Source: Nitrospirota bacterium (GTDB lineage: Bacteria > Nitrospirota > Nitrospiria > Nitrospirales > Nitrospiraceae). From it: DNA of 64,000 nucleotides. The number at the start of each line of letters is the position of its first letter. The stretch's first letter is position 1. Shown here piece after piece: positions 10,035 through 20,400 of the stretch. Below the pieces are notes generated by a model. The model did not search any database and was not told the origin of the DNA. It saw nothing but the letters and a program-made list of their open reading frames with translations. Where the stretch lies: assembly GCA_963701855.1 (NCBI GenBank), contig CAVPBK010000006.1, positions 832,001 through 896,000 on the forward strand, given 5' to 3'. A program made the position numbers and the translations under genes.

Positions 10035-11137
10035 GTCTGAAAAGTACGCTTTGCTTTCAGGCGTTCCAGCAGCCCGACCATGAGGAGAGGCCAGACAATC
10101 GTGGCATCGCTCAATACTTCAGCAAAACGTCCTCCTGCTTCTGGCGGAACAAACTTTCCCCACGAAAGGCCTTCTTGATAGGTGCAACCACTCAATCCGC
10201 CCAAATGATCCGGATCCGGACAGATGCGTACCCCATACTGGAATCGAGGCGGCTCCACATTGAGCCCGAGCCGTGTATTACAGATCTCAATGTAGGGACC
10301 GACTTGTTGCGCCCAATTACGCGGCACTCCCCCACCGATCGTAAAGATCCCACGCCGCTTGGCCGAGATAACATGACTCGCATAACTGTTGAGATCGAGG
10401 TAGGGATTGAAGGACGGATAGGAGCGATGAATCGCGCGCAGCACCTCAAGATCATCGCTTCCCTTTGCCTGAGCACGAACACGATCGAGATCTCGACTCA
10501 TAGCCCAAGTTCCAAGGTCCAGCCCCATCTCGGAATCGGTAAAGGCAGGGATGAAGACCGGAACCTTTTTCAGATAGGCGCTTTTGAGAATACCCGTTCC
10601 GTCATATTCTTCCGCGAGCGTCTTCCCCAGCTCACGAGTGAGAATTTCGGAAGAAAGAGACTGGTCCTGATCCATCCGCTTCATTGTTCGGGCGACGACT
10701 TGCTCAACATAGTTGAGATTAGACTCCATCTCCAGCGTATCGTAGACCCTATTGTAGCCCTTCTCGAACAACTCTTGATCGGACATCGACGGGTGGTGCC
10801 GATAGTGTGTTTTGCCAACCGACTCGCTCAGCCCATGGGCAATCAATGCCCCGGTCGAAACAACACATTGCACCATCTCTTGATCGATCATCGCGCTGAT
10901 GATCTTGCCCATCTTGGCAATGGTCATCGCCCCTGACAGTGTCAGTACGACGAAGCAGTCCGGGTCTTCGATCATTGCCCAAAGCACTTCGTAGGCTTCG
11001 CCCACCCTGCGACCCCCAAAGGCTGTCTTGCGCATAGCGGTCAACAAGCCGTCGAAGGTCTCGATCTGTTCCGGGTCAAAAGGCTCAAGTGCTTCGAGCC
11101 CATCTTGCGCCCCATCGTGGAATTCTCGTGCACCCAT
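10031..11137 (-). CDS. Deoxyhypusine synthase-like protein (SpeY-type, probable homospermidine synthesis)
   Basis: LSGAMT, PAFTDSE, GGGVPRN and LSGCTYQEGLSWGK with the active-site Lys retained. Confidence 0.88.
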   Translation of the reverse strand: MGAREFHDGAQDGLEALEPFDPEQIETFDGLLTAMRKTAFGGRRVGEAYEVLWAMIEDPDCFVVLTLSGAMTIAKMGKIISAMIDQEMVQCVVSTGALIAHGLSESVGKTHYRHHPSMSDQELFEKGYNRVYDTLEMESNLNYVEQVVARTMKRMDQDQSLSSEILTRELGKTLAEEYDGTGILKSAYLKKVPVFIPAFTDSEMGLDLGTWAMSRDLDRVRAQAKGSDDLEVLRAIHRSYPSFNPYLDLNSYASHVISAKRRGIFTIGGGVPRNWAQQVGPYIEICNTRLGLNVEPPRFQYGVRICPDPDHLGGLSGCTYQEGLSWGKFVPPEAGGRFAEVLSDATIVWPLLMVGLLERLKAKRTFQT

Positions 11138-11656
11138 GGAAAGTCTGCCTATCATGAAAAGTGAATGGAGAAATGGCGCATTCTTTATACACAACCAACG
11201 ATAGAGGCGTCAACGAAGTGGCACCCGAGAAATCCCGCGACATATCTTGATTCATGAGGACGCACGATCTGTCCATCGATCCACTTCAATTGAAGAGAAT
11301 AGGGTGACAGGGCGCGATCAACATGGTCCTGAGTCAACGAGCCGTGATTCAACAAACCTCCACGACATATGCACGTAGACGCACGACCTGTCTCACCGAA
11401 AATAAGCATACGAAGATCTCCCGAGAGGAGTTATTCTTGTGCCAAACACAATTCAATATCTCTGGGTCGCGCGAACGGTTCTATGAGGAAGGCTCCTAAT
11501 CCGAAGGGATTTTTCACGCGCAATCATTCTTGGGAAAGAAGGGGGGGGCAAAGCCAAGCGAGCTGATGTGGTGGTGACGTCTCCCCGGAAAACGACGGCA
11601 TTTTGAAACTGGAGTACGATGGCGCTTCGGTGGTCACGCACGAAAGGAGCGGACCT

Positions 11657-11923
11657 ATGAAGCGGTCGAAGTTTTCGGAGGAGCAGATCGTGTGTGCCAT
11701 CCGCCAAGCCGAATCTGGCACCCCCGTCGGCGACCTCTGCCGACAGCTCGGGGTGAGTGACGGCACCTTCTACGCCTGGAAGAAGCAGTACGCGCACCTT
11801 GGCGTGAGTGAACTGCGCCGACTTCGGCAAGTAGAAGAAGAAAATAGCCGGTTGAAGCGGCTCGTGGCGGATCTCTCGCTCGATACGCCCATGTGGTCGA
11901 AGGCCCTGAGAAAAAAAGTCTAA
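11657..11923 (+). CDS. IS3 transposase OrfA (HTH)
   Basis: MKRSKFSEEQIV...TFYAWKKQY...EENSRLKRLVADLSLD. Confidence 0.88.
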   Translation: MKRSKFSEEQIVCAIRQAESGTPVGDLCRQLGVSDGTFYAWKKQYAHLGVSELRRLRQVEEENSRLKRLVADLSLDTPMWSKALRKKV

Positions 11924-12781
11924 GGCCCGCCCGCCTCCGGGAACTGGCCCAGTGGTTTCACGGGACGTTTCAGGTGAGTGGTGCGCGGGCCTGTCGCCTG
12001 GCCCAGGTCGGACGGGCCGCGTGGGATCGACGGAGTCGAGCCCAGGATCAGTCGGCGCGGCGGCGGCGGATTCGGGATCTATCTGGCTCATGCCCGGCCC
12101 CGGCTTGGGCCTCTGCGGATCTGAGTGTTGCTGCGTCGGGAAGGCTGGCTGGTCAATCGGCAGCGCGTCCGACGACTCGACAGACTCGAGGGCGTGCAAC
12201 TACGCATACGGGTGCGGCGACGGAAGCCCATCGCGCGGCACCGAGGACCGGCTCCGATGCCGGTGGGACCGACGGAGCGCTGGAGCAGGGATTTCATACA
12301 TGCTCCCCTGGGCGATGGACGGCCCTTCCGGATCCTGACGGTCGTCGATAACGGGAGTCGGCACAGTCCTGTGTTAGAGGCAGGGATTCGGAGGACGGGA
12401 GAGAGGGTCGGTCAAGTGCTCGATTGTGTCGTAGGCCCACACGTCGGCCCACGATCCATCACGGTGGATCATGGGACAGAATTTCAATCACGAGCGCTCG
12501 AAGAGTGGGCCTATCGTCGGGGCGTGCCGCTCGACTTTATTCGGCCCGGCAAACCGGTAGAACACGCCGTCCTTGAATCGTTTCATGGTCGACTGCGCGA
12601 TGAATGGTTGACCGTACATCCATTCACCTCGATGGTCGAGGCCCAAGACATCATCGAAGCCTGGCGGTTCGATGATAATCAGCGCCGCCCGCATAGCTCA
12701 CTCGGACACCTGACGCCGAATGAGTTCATCAGGCAACGTCAGGCTGAACAGATCGCCGAAGAAGTCGTCGGCTCTAGGTAA
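11920..12781 (+). pseudogene. IS3 transposase OrfB (DDE), frameshifted
   Basis: Coding sense moves from the 11893 frame to the 12125 frame near 12080-12120; eroded motifs WSRDF, VDHGTEF, ESFHGRLRDE, RPHSSLG. Confidence 0.82.
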
Positions 12782-12958
12782 GAACCGTCCCAGAATGGGG
12801 CCAACGTCAGGAACAGAATCGACCCACAAACCTTTCTTCACTTCTCGTGCGTCCTTCTCTAGCCCTTCCAGCACCGTATCTCCCGCCGCATACTTCCGCT
12901 ACTACCATGCCAAAACGACCGGGGGTTTCTAGTGGAGAAGTCAGCTGAGGGCTTCCGG

Positions 12959-13666
12959 TTATGGGGAAGGCTGTGAAACCGCACTCAGGGCAGCTTCTAA
13001 ATCCTGAAGCGCGTTGAGCACTGTCTTACACTCTGCTCGAGTGATCACTGTCTGGGTTCTCAATTTCGAATAAAGTATGGTGTATTGTTCTGCTCTGAGA
13101 ATCCTTGCGCTCTCCGCCAGCTCTTGAAGCAATCGACCAAGGTTGTCAGAAATCGCTTCTCCTGATTCCGCTTGTTCCGCTATCACGCTTGGCATTGCTA
13201 TGCCTAACTGAGCGACAAACGTTTTGACCAGATCATCATATTCCTGCGCTACAAGGCCCAAGTTGTTCATGACGTGATGTTTGCTCTGTAAAACTAGGGG
13301 ATGTTGTTTTAGCATCGCTTGGACCCTGGTGAGCAGCGTCACTTTATCAACAGGTTTGGCCAGAAACGCATCACACCCAAGATTGCTGGCCCTTTGGACA
13401 GTTCCCACTTGAGATTGTGCCGATACGACAATGATCGGTAGATTGTTAAATGGAGCTGTCTTCCTGATTTTCGCAATTAACTCCAACCCATCCATATCGG
13501 GCATATTGAGGTCTGTGACAATCAGCTGAATGTCATTTGTACTTGTAAGACTCGCCAGCGCATCTTTTGCGGTCCTTGCTAGTTGAGTGCGATACCCACC
13601 CTTTTCGAGAAACTTCTCAAGAAGCAGTGCATTGACGGGATTATCTTCTACAATTAGGATCGACAC
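12959..13666 (-). CDS. Response regulator: receiver domain plus helical HPt-like C-terminus
   Basis: ILIVEDN, TDLNMPDMDG, FLAKP. Confidence 0.85.
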   Translation of the reverse strand: MSILIVEDNPVNALLLEKFLEKGGYRTQLARTAKDALASLTSTNDIQLIVTDLNMPDMDGLELIAKIRKTAPFNNLPIIVVSAQSQVGTVQRASNLGCDAFLAKPVDKVTLLTRVQAMLKQHPLVLQSKHHVMNNLGLVAQEYDDLVKTFVAQLGIAMPSVIAEQAESGEAISDNLGRLLQELAESARILRAEQYTILYSKLRTQTVITRAECKTVLNALQDLEAALSAVSQPSP

Positions 13667-14095
13667 AGTACTCCTCTTTGGTGATTGTGATGGTCAGCAA
13701 CGTCGTCAAATGGCGCAGCTCATCGGAAATATTTCGGACGTTTCTCCATAGATCTTGAGTGGTCACTTGCTGTGCCTCCGACTTTCAGAGGTACGAAACC
13801 TGGGGAACGAAGTTGGTATAAGTGGGTTTGCTGGGATGGCGCGCCACGTCTCACCCGGGTTAGCTGCTCCGTCTTCGTGGAGCCCATCCGAGGGGAGTAA
13901 GGTCTGGAGATTATCGGCTTTCTGGTCCCGTTGATGGCGGAATCAGGCCGCGCAAGCGGGAAACGGGCGATACCTTGGCTGGAGGAAATTGTCAAACGGC
14001 GGCCAGGTCCTCGATGCGACGAAGTCGAAGACTTGGTCTTTCTCAGGGCAGTGATGTCGCTGAGGCGGCCCCTGATCGCGACCAGCTACTGCTCA

Positions 14096-14365
14096 TCATG
14101 ATGTGTTCCTCCCTACCGGACCTGAGTTATCGAACGCCTCCCGTCCCGTCAGTTCCAAATCAATAGACTCTTCCAGGCGTATGTAGGTATGACCGGTCAA
14201 CGCGATGCGGCTTGCTTCGGCAAATGCTAGTGCATCAGCAGCGCTCTGGAACCTAGCCGCCTTTGATTTCAGTATGGTTGAATATCCATCAATGGCGATA
14301 TAGCAAGACCCGGAAGTTACTTTTTGCTGTGAGCTAACGACGATAACAAACCTCATCTGTTTCAT
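14096..14365 (-). CDS. Small hypothetical protein
   Basis: ATG with GGGAGAG RBS; shares an upstream motif with 15640-15897. Confidence 0.55.
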   Translation of the reverse strand: MKQMRFVIVVSSQQKVTSGSCYIAIDGYSTILKSKAARFQSAADALAFAEASRIALTGHTYIRLEESIDLELTGREAFDNSGPVGRNTS

Positions 14366-14430
14366 CTTCTCTCCCGTTGAAGTGGGTACGTGGGGTGCTC
14401 CGCATCATGCACTGAACGCGCCATGTGGGA

Positions 14431-14472
14431 AGTAGGAGCTGTGCTAGTAGTGGCGTAAGGAATGGCCTACGA
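14431..14472. promoter_or_regulatory. Tandem regulator-binding boxes, copy 1
   Basis: 32/42 nt identical to 15975-16016; upstream of a minus-strand small gene. Confidence 0.55.
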
Positions 14473-14517
14473 CACGCTAGGAGGCTGTATTGGGAACTTG
14501 TGGGGATTGTTGTGGGG

Positions 14518-14958
14518 TTAAGGGACTAATAACCTCAGATCAGTGCGCTTCTGTGGGGTCATGCCGAGGGATTTTCGTACTTCTTCGGCGAGTGTGATAG
14601 TCACCTGGTGTACCCGCTGCTCGAGTTGACGAGTGAGCGTCTCACCCCGCCGACTCAGTCGCAAATGCATGACACGGGTATCCACGCCCGACCGGCGTTT
14701 GGTGACCCACCGCTTCCGCACGAGGTCGTTCACGACTTCAGTCAAAGTCGGCTGCCTCACACAAAGCGCCTTGGCCGCATCCGTCAGTTTGGTCTCCGCG
14801 TGACGACTCACATAGAGAAGTAGGGCAGCTTGGAGGGGCGTTACGCGGTGGGATTCCAGGCTTCGTCTGAACTGCCCGTGCCATTGCAGCACTCGCTCCA
14901 GGGTGGTCACATCCGCATGGCCGTTCTTCATTGCTCGCTCTTTCGTCATGGGTAACAT
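14518..14958 (-). CDS. MarR-family transcriptional regulator
   Basis: VTPLQAALL...QPTLTEVVNDLVRKRWVTKRRSGVDTR...LSRRG; start may be ATG 14931. Confidence 0.85.
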   Translation of the reverse strand: MLPMTKERAMKNGHADVTTLERVLQWHGQFRRSLESHRVTPLQAALLLYVSRHAETKLTDAAKALCVRQPTLTEVVNDLVRKRWVTKRRSGVDTRVMHLRLSRRGETLTRQLEQRVHQVTITLAEEVRKSLGMTPQKRTDLRLLVP

Positions 14959-15229
14959 TCTCCCTAACTTCTAAATAAATAGGATCGTCTGTCTGCCGAA
15001 AAGGCCTGACACCATGCAGAGCCGAGCCGTGTACTTCAGATTCCGCCATGGTCGCACTGCATGCACACGGAGGCGAGTGCGCCTGCACAGGGCTTCCATA
15101 GCGGTTTCTAAACCAACGCCTCGCGACGACACCCCTGGCGTCGGGCTACCTCTCCACCCATCCAGTTCAGCCTTCATCACGCCGCTCCCGTTGTTCTCTA
15201 CTCGATCCGATCAAGAGGCAATCTCTCAA

Positions 15230-15616
15230 TCACCGCAGTGCCGCTGTCGCGGGGGTGGGAGTCCTGAGAAGGCCCTTGAGTGTGTCCGCCAGGAGTTTCA
15301 GCGAGGAGCCTTTTAGTATGAACTCGCTCACCCCAAGCGCACGGACTTGCCGTTCCGTCTCCGAGGTACTATCTCCCGTCAAAATGATCACCGGCTGGTT
15401 GAGATCGACACTACGTATCTGTTTTAAGACCGTGACCCCATTGAGCTCCGGCATGTTCAGATCAAGAAGAATGACATCGGGGTGTTCCCGGCTATAGAGC
15501 TCTAGGCCCTTCCACCCATTCTCGGCGAGTACCACCTCATATCCCTGCTGACGGAGTAGCACGTCGAGGAGTGCTCGAACGTTCGGCTGATCATCAATTA
15601 TCAGAATTTTTGCCAT
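15230..15616 (-). CDS. Single-domain response regulator (CheY-like)
   Basis: ILIIDD, LLDLNMPELNG, IILTG, FILK. Confidence 0.88.
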   Translation of the reverse strand: MAKILIIDDQPNVRALLDVLLRQQGYEVVLAENGWKGLELYSREHPDVILLDLNMPELNGVTVLKQIRSVDLNQPVIILTGDSTSETERQVRALGVSEFILKGSSLKLLADTLKGLLRTPTPATAALR

Positions 15617-15639
15617 GACTTCTCCAGAGTAAAGTTGCC

Positions 15640-15897
15640 TCAGCATTCTAGGCGTTGGCTCGTACGCTCCCCTTCGGCAACGGGATGTTGAACTGAAGAT
15701 ACATCATGGGAGCCGAGGGAGATCTGATAGGAGAAGAAACCGAGTCGCAGAAGGAACACCCGTCTGTCCCGCGACATCCGATCAACGGCGACGAAAATTT
15801 CTCCCCAGCTGAAATAGGGAAGTCCCGTGACGATCTCGTCAAAGCAGCAGGGACCGCTCCGCAGCTTTTCAATTATCGCTTCATCTATGGGCTGCAT
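15640..15897 (-). CDS. Small winged-helix-like hypothetical protein
   Basis: GGAGG RBS before ATG; co-oriented with the response regulator. Confidence 0.6.
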   Translation of the reverse strand: MQPIDEAIIEKLRSGPCCFDEIVTGLPYFSWGEIFVAVDRMSRDRRVFLLRLGFFSYQISLGSHDVSSVQHPVAEGERTSQRLEC

Positions 15898-15974
15898 GGC
15901 GTCAAACCTCCTCCGGTTGAAGTGAGGCGCTAGCGAGAGTGCCTTGTACTATGGACCGGAATGCGTCGTTGGCA

Positions 15975-16016
15975 AGTAGGAACTGCCCTAAAATTGGAGT
16001 AAGAAATCTCCTACGA
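15975..16016. promoter_or_regulatory. Tandem regulator-binding boxes, copy 2
   Basis: AGTAGGAACTGCCCTA...GTAAGAAATCTCCTACGA; the second box resembles the RcsAB/LuxR-type TAAGAATATTCCTA box. Confidence 0.55.
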
Positions 16017-16159
16017 AACCGGCCAAGAAACGGATCGGCACATTATTCATGATGCTTTTGCTTGAGCTATGCCGCCCATTGTAGGACTGGACTGACATAC
16101 ACAGCCCCAACGGTGGGGTAGAGTTTCCCCGGCGCAGTTCACGCGGGTAATGCCGGTCG

Positions 16160-16611
16160 ATGTCTTCGATCCCGGAACACCCCACCACTTCAGTCCTTCT
16201 CATCGATGGGAACGCCAACGACCGAGCGTTCTATGCAGAGGGATTAAGGAGGTGCACCTGTGATTATGAGATCATAGAAGCCACGGACCGACTATCAGGG
16301 CGTGCCCTCTACCAGTCTCGGCAAATTGATTGCGCGGTGCTCGAACTTGCATCGCCTGATGATTCGGGTTTCCAGATATTGGTGGACTTAGTTCCACGCC
16401 TCAGCAGGCCGCACGTTCCCGTGATTATACTTACCCAGTTTACACATCGAGGAGCGTGGGAAGCAGCCAAGCAAAATGGGGCTATGTCTGCCTGGCAAAA
16501 ACATTCTCGTCCGGTGAGGATTTGGATAACGCCATTCAGCGTGCGATGGCGTTTGTGGGACAGACGCCCAAGGAAGATCGTTGCTGGCCCATCTTGAGAA
16601 GTCAGAGATGA
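16160..16611 (+). pseudogene. Atypical receiver-domain protein with a frameshift near 16483
   Basis: Receiver fold (VLLID, VLEL, IILT). After KQNGA the receiver end YVCLAK...EDLDNAIQRA continues in another frame. Confidence 0.65.
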
Positions 16612-17470
16612 TTTCTGGATCAGCACACGTCCTGCATTGGCAAACCCGCAATTGAATGAATTACTAGTAGCAGGGTGACTTGTGAAGCCCATCTCAAATA
16701 TCAGATTAATTTATTCTGGCCTCCCCAAATGCATAGCATGCAAGCGAGTTCTCCAGAAGAACCAAGCAGTCGGGCCGGTCTGTTTGGAATGTTTCAATGA
16801 GCGAATTGCAGCTCCGAAGACATAACTTCAAATAGCCCACTCCCCCTTCCCCAATCGAGACGCGGTTCCCCCTTCATTCAGGAAAAGTTGTCCATATTCC
16901 CTAGCGCATACGTTCAATACCACCAGCACCAGCCGTCTTTGACCAGCGTGTGGTTGACGTGGGTGCCATCCAGCATGATCAAGTCAGCAAGGGTGCGCCC
17001 GCGCTAGGACGCGAGTTTTTGAGTGTCCCATCTAATCAAATTTGATTCACCATCGAATCGTTTTCGATTCATCTGGACTGGTTCCATCCTCGTGTAGGAA
17101 ATCAGCACAGGCACAATTTTGGGAAACACAGCAGTCTGCGACCGAGGACAAGTGCATTTCAGATTAGGCATGTGGCTTGCTGGATGATGAGTTAGTTCGT
17201 ATCTCAATTTCTGCAAGATAAGGGACACGAGGCTAAAGATGGAAAGCCTTGTGGTAGGGCTGTGGCGCTGTATTTGAAACCCGTGATGCCTGTTCCCCGA
17301 TCCTGACCTGAAGCAGTCTTAGACACGCGTTCTAGCGTAGATGGTTGCTGATAGGGGACCTGACGTAGTCATTATAGGATCTTCATGGCGTGCTACTAAC
17401 GAGGGGGATCTGTTGAAGTAGATCAAGCGTAGCATCCTCATGGCCTGAGACCGACAAGGGAGTATGCGTT

Positions 17471-20400
17471 ATGGCACAAATCACTGGCTCATCCACGATC
17501 GATTGGTCAGGTATATTGCTTGGACAAGTTAATATTGAGACCGATATCGCCAAGTTCGCCACTCGAGTCGATCAGATAGTTACTGAGTTGGTTAACTTCC
17601 AGGTTACCCCTGTCTTCGTAAGTTCGACAACATTTGTCGGAGACCTTTCTACGGGGGGAAGGCTGACGCTCACGGGTTCAGGGTTCGGCGATGTACTCAA
17701 CTCGTTCGACTTTAAGAATCCCCCGGATGGCACCGGTGAGGTGATCCGGTTCACCGGCACCCTCGATGGCATCGGCAAGGATGTGCTGACCTCCGCCACC
17801 ATCGGATCCACGGGCTTCTCAGAAACAATCAAGGGCAACATCACTATTTCTCCGAACTGGCCGTTTGACTCCGCAAACTATACGGGCACGTTGACCTCGT
17901 TGGTCGTGAAGATTGGCGGTGCCACGGAAATCCTCAGCGGCAACTTCCACCTGACAGGCGACCTCCTCAGCGCGAGCCTGACAGGCACGGTAGCGGGGAT
18001 CTTGGTCGGTTCAGGCGCTAATACAATCAAGATGACGGGCCTGTCGATGTCGCTCGATGTGCTCCAAGCCGCGCTCGGGTCCCCTGAACTGGATTCAGTC
18101 GATGATCTCTTCGCCTTTCTGAATAACCACCTTCCTGGCAACGACACGATTACCTATGCCAACAACTCGAGCGTCGGGATGACGTTTTACGGCGGTGGCG
18201 GCAACGACACGATGACCATTAGCGGACCCAACGCAGATACGCTGAATGGTGGCGTGGGCAACGACACACTGAATGGAGGTGCGGGCAACGATACGCTGCT
18301 GGGTGGGGACGGCAACGATGTTTTCCTGATCAGGTCTGCCACGGATCATGGGGTGGGAGAGGTCATCGACGGGGGTGCGGGCAGCGACGTCATCCGTTTC
18401 ACCAGCACCAACGGGGGTCAGATCCTGACGCTAGCTACGGGCGTCACGACGGTTGAGAGCGTGGTGATCAGCACCGCAGCGGGTGTCACCACCGGCACCA
18501 CTGCGCTCAACGTGGACGCCTCCGCCGTGGGCAACGGCCTGTCACTCACCGGCAACGCAGGTGCGAACAGACTCACCGGTACCAGCACTAACGATACCAT
18601 GAACGGGGGGGCGGGCAACGACACGCTGATCGGCGGTGCGGGGGAGGATACAGTCACCGGCGGCACCGGGAATGACCGCATCGTTATGCTGGTCACCGGG
18701 GGCAATGTGGACGTTGCGGACGGAGTCGCGGGCAACGACACGCTGGCGCTCGTCGGCGCGATCGATGGGGACGGCGTGGTGGTGGTTGATTTGTCCTCGC
18801 TGACCGACCAGGTAACCCACATCGGCACGGTCGATCCTGAGAAGCTGGTCCAAAAGAATTTCGAGAATCTGGATGCCTCGGGGCTTGGCAGTTCAGTGCA
18901 CGCGACCGGCAGTGCCGACGCCAATATCATCATCGGTTCGGACGATACCGACAGCATCAATGGCGGCGCTGGCAACGACACGCTGAATGGGGGCGCAGGC
19001 GACGATACGTTGCTGGGCGGGGACGGCAACGATGTGTTCTTGATCGGGAATGCCGCGGACCATGGCGGGGGCGAGGTGATTGATGGGGGTACGGGCGCTG
19101 ACGTAATCCGCTTCACCAGCATCACCGATGGTGACGGGTTGGTCCTCAGAGCACAGATCACAGGGGTGGAGAGCGTGGTGATTGGCAATGCTGCGGGGCT
19201 GACCACCGACACGACCAGGCTCGACGTGAATGCGATCAGTGTGGGCTACGGCCTGTCTCTCACCGGCAACGCAGGCGATAACCAGCTTGTCGGGACTGAT
19301 TTCAATGACGTGCTCAATGGCGGTGGCGGCGACGACAGCCTCAACGGGGGCTTGGGCACCAATACGCTTATTGGAGGTACTGGGAACGACCTTCTGGACG
19401 GGTCGGGAGGCACAAACACACTGATCGGGGGCGCGGGGAACGACCAATATGTTATCGACTCCTCCACCGACGTGGTCATTGAAGCGCTGAATGCCGGCAC
19501 CGACTTGGTCATCAGTTTTATAGAGACGTGCACCCTTGGGCTCAATGTGGAAAACCTGATTCTGGTTGGCAACAATACTCAAAACGGCACCGGTAATGCG
19601 CTGAATAACATCATTTATGGCAACGTCAGCAGCAACCAGCTCTCCGGGCTCGCGGGCAATGACACGCTGACCGGCGACTGGGGGGAAGACATCGTCGACG
19701 GAGGGGCTGGCAACGACCGCATCGTCATGCTGGTGACTGCTGGGGATGTGGATACTGCGGACGGGGGCACGGGCACCGACACGCTGGTACTCGGCGGCGC
19801 GGTCGGGGGCAACGGCATCGTGGTCGTCAATTTGGTGGCGGGTGCAGGCGACCAGGTCACGTTCAGTGATGATACCCTGGTGCAGAACAATTTCGAGAAT
19901 CTGGATGCCTCGTATCTGTCCCTTGGTGGATCAGTGACTGTCACGGGCAGTGCCGGCGCCAATAGCCTCATCGGCTCAAGAGGCACCGACACCATCAACG
20001 GCGGCGGCGGCAACGACACGCTGGATGGGGGCGCGGGCGACGATACGCTGAATGGGGGGAACGGCAACGATGTCATCTTGATCGGGAATGCTGCTGATCA
20101 TGGCGGGGGCGAGGTAATCAACGGGGGGACAGGCACGGACGTGATCCGCTTCACCAGCACCACCGATGGTGAGGGGTTGGTCCTCAGAGCACAGGTCACG
20201 GGGGTGGAGAGCGTGGTGATCGCGAATGCGGCGGGGCTCACGACCGGCACGACCGCACTCAACGTGGATGCGTCTGCACTCAGTAGCGGGCTCTCCCTCA
20301 CCGGCAACGCGGGCGACAACGTGCTGACCGGCACCGGCGGGAACAACATCCTGAACGGGGGCGCGGGCAACGATACCTTAAATGGTGGAGGCGGCATCAA

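Larger units (their letters stand above)
11575..12809 (+). mobile_element. IS3-family insertion sequence (IS407-like), degenerate
   Basis: TG...CA ends with imperfect IRs TGACGTCTCCCC..GACGG / TGACGTTGGCCCC..GACGG; orfA/orfB layout; A7G slippery site at 11911-11918; no target duplication seen. Confidence 0.9.

Noticed and set aside
11567..11574. TGTGGTGG left of the IS3 as the distal tRNA att of the older island
   Set aside because: Only 6-8 bp match, and the sequence after the IS does not continue the tRNA end
16700..17470. Riboswitch or ncRNA in the long RTX leader
   Set aside because: No recognisable consensus by eye; an Rfam scan would settle it
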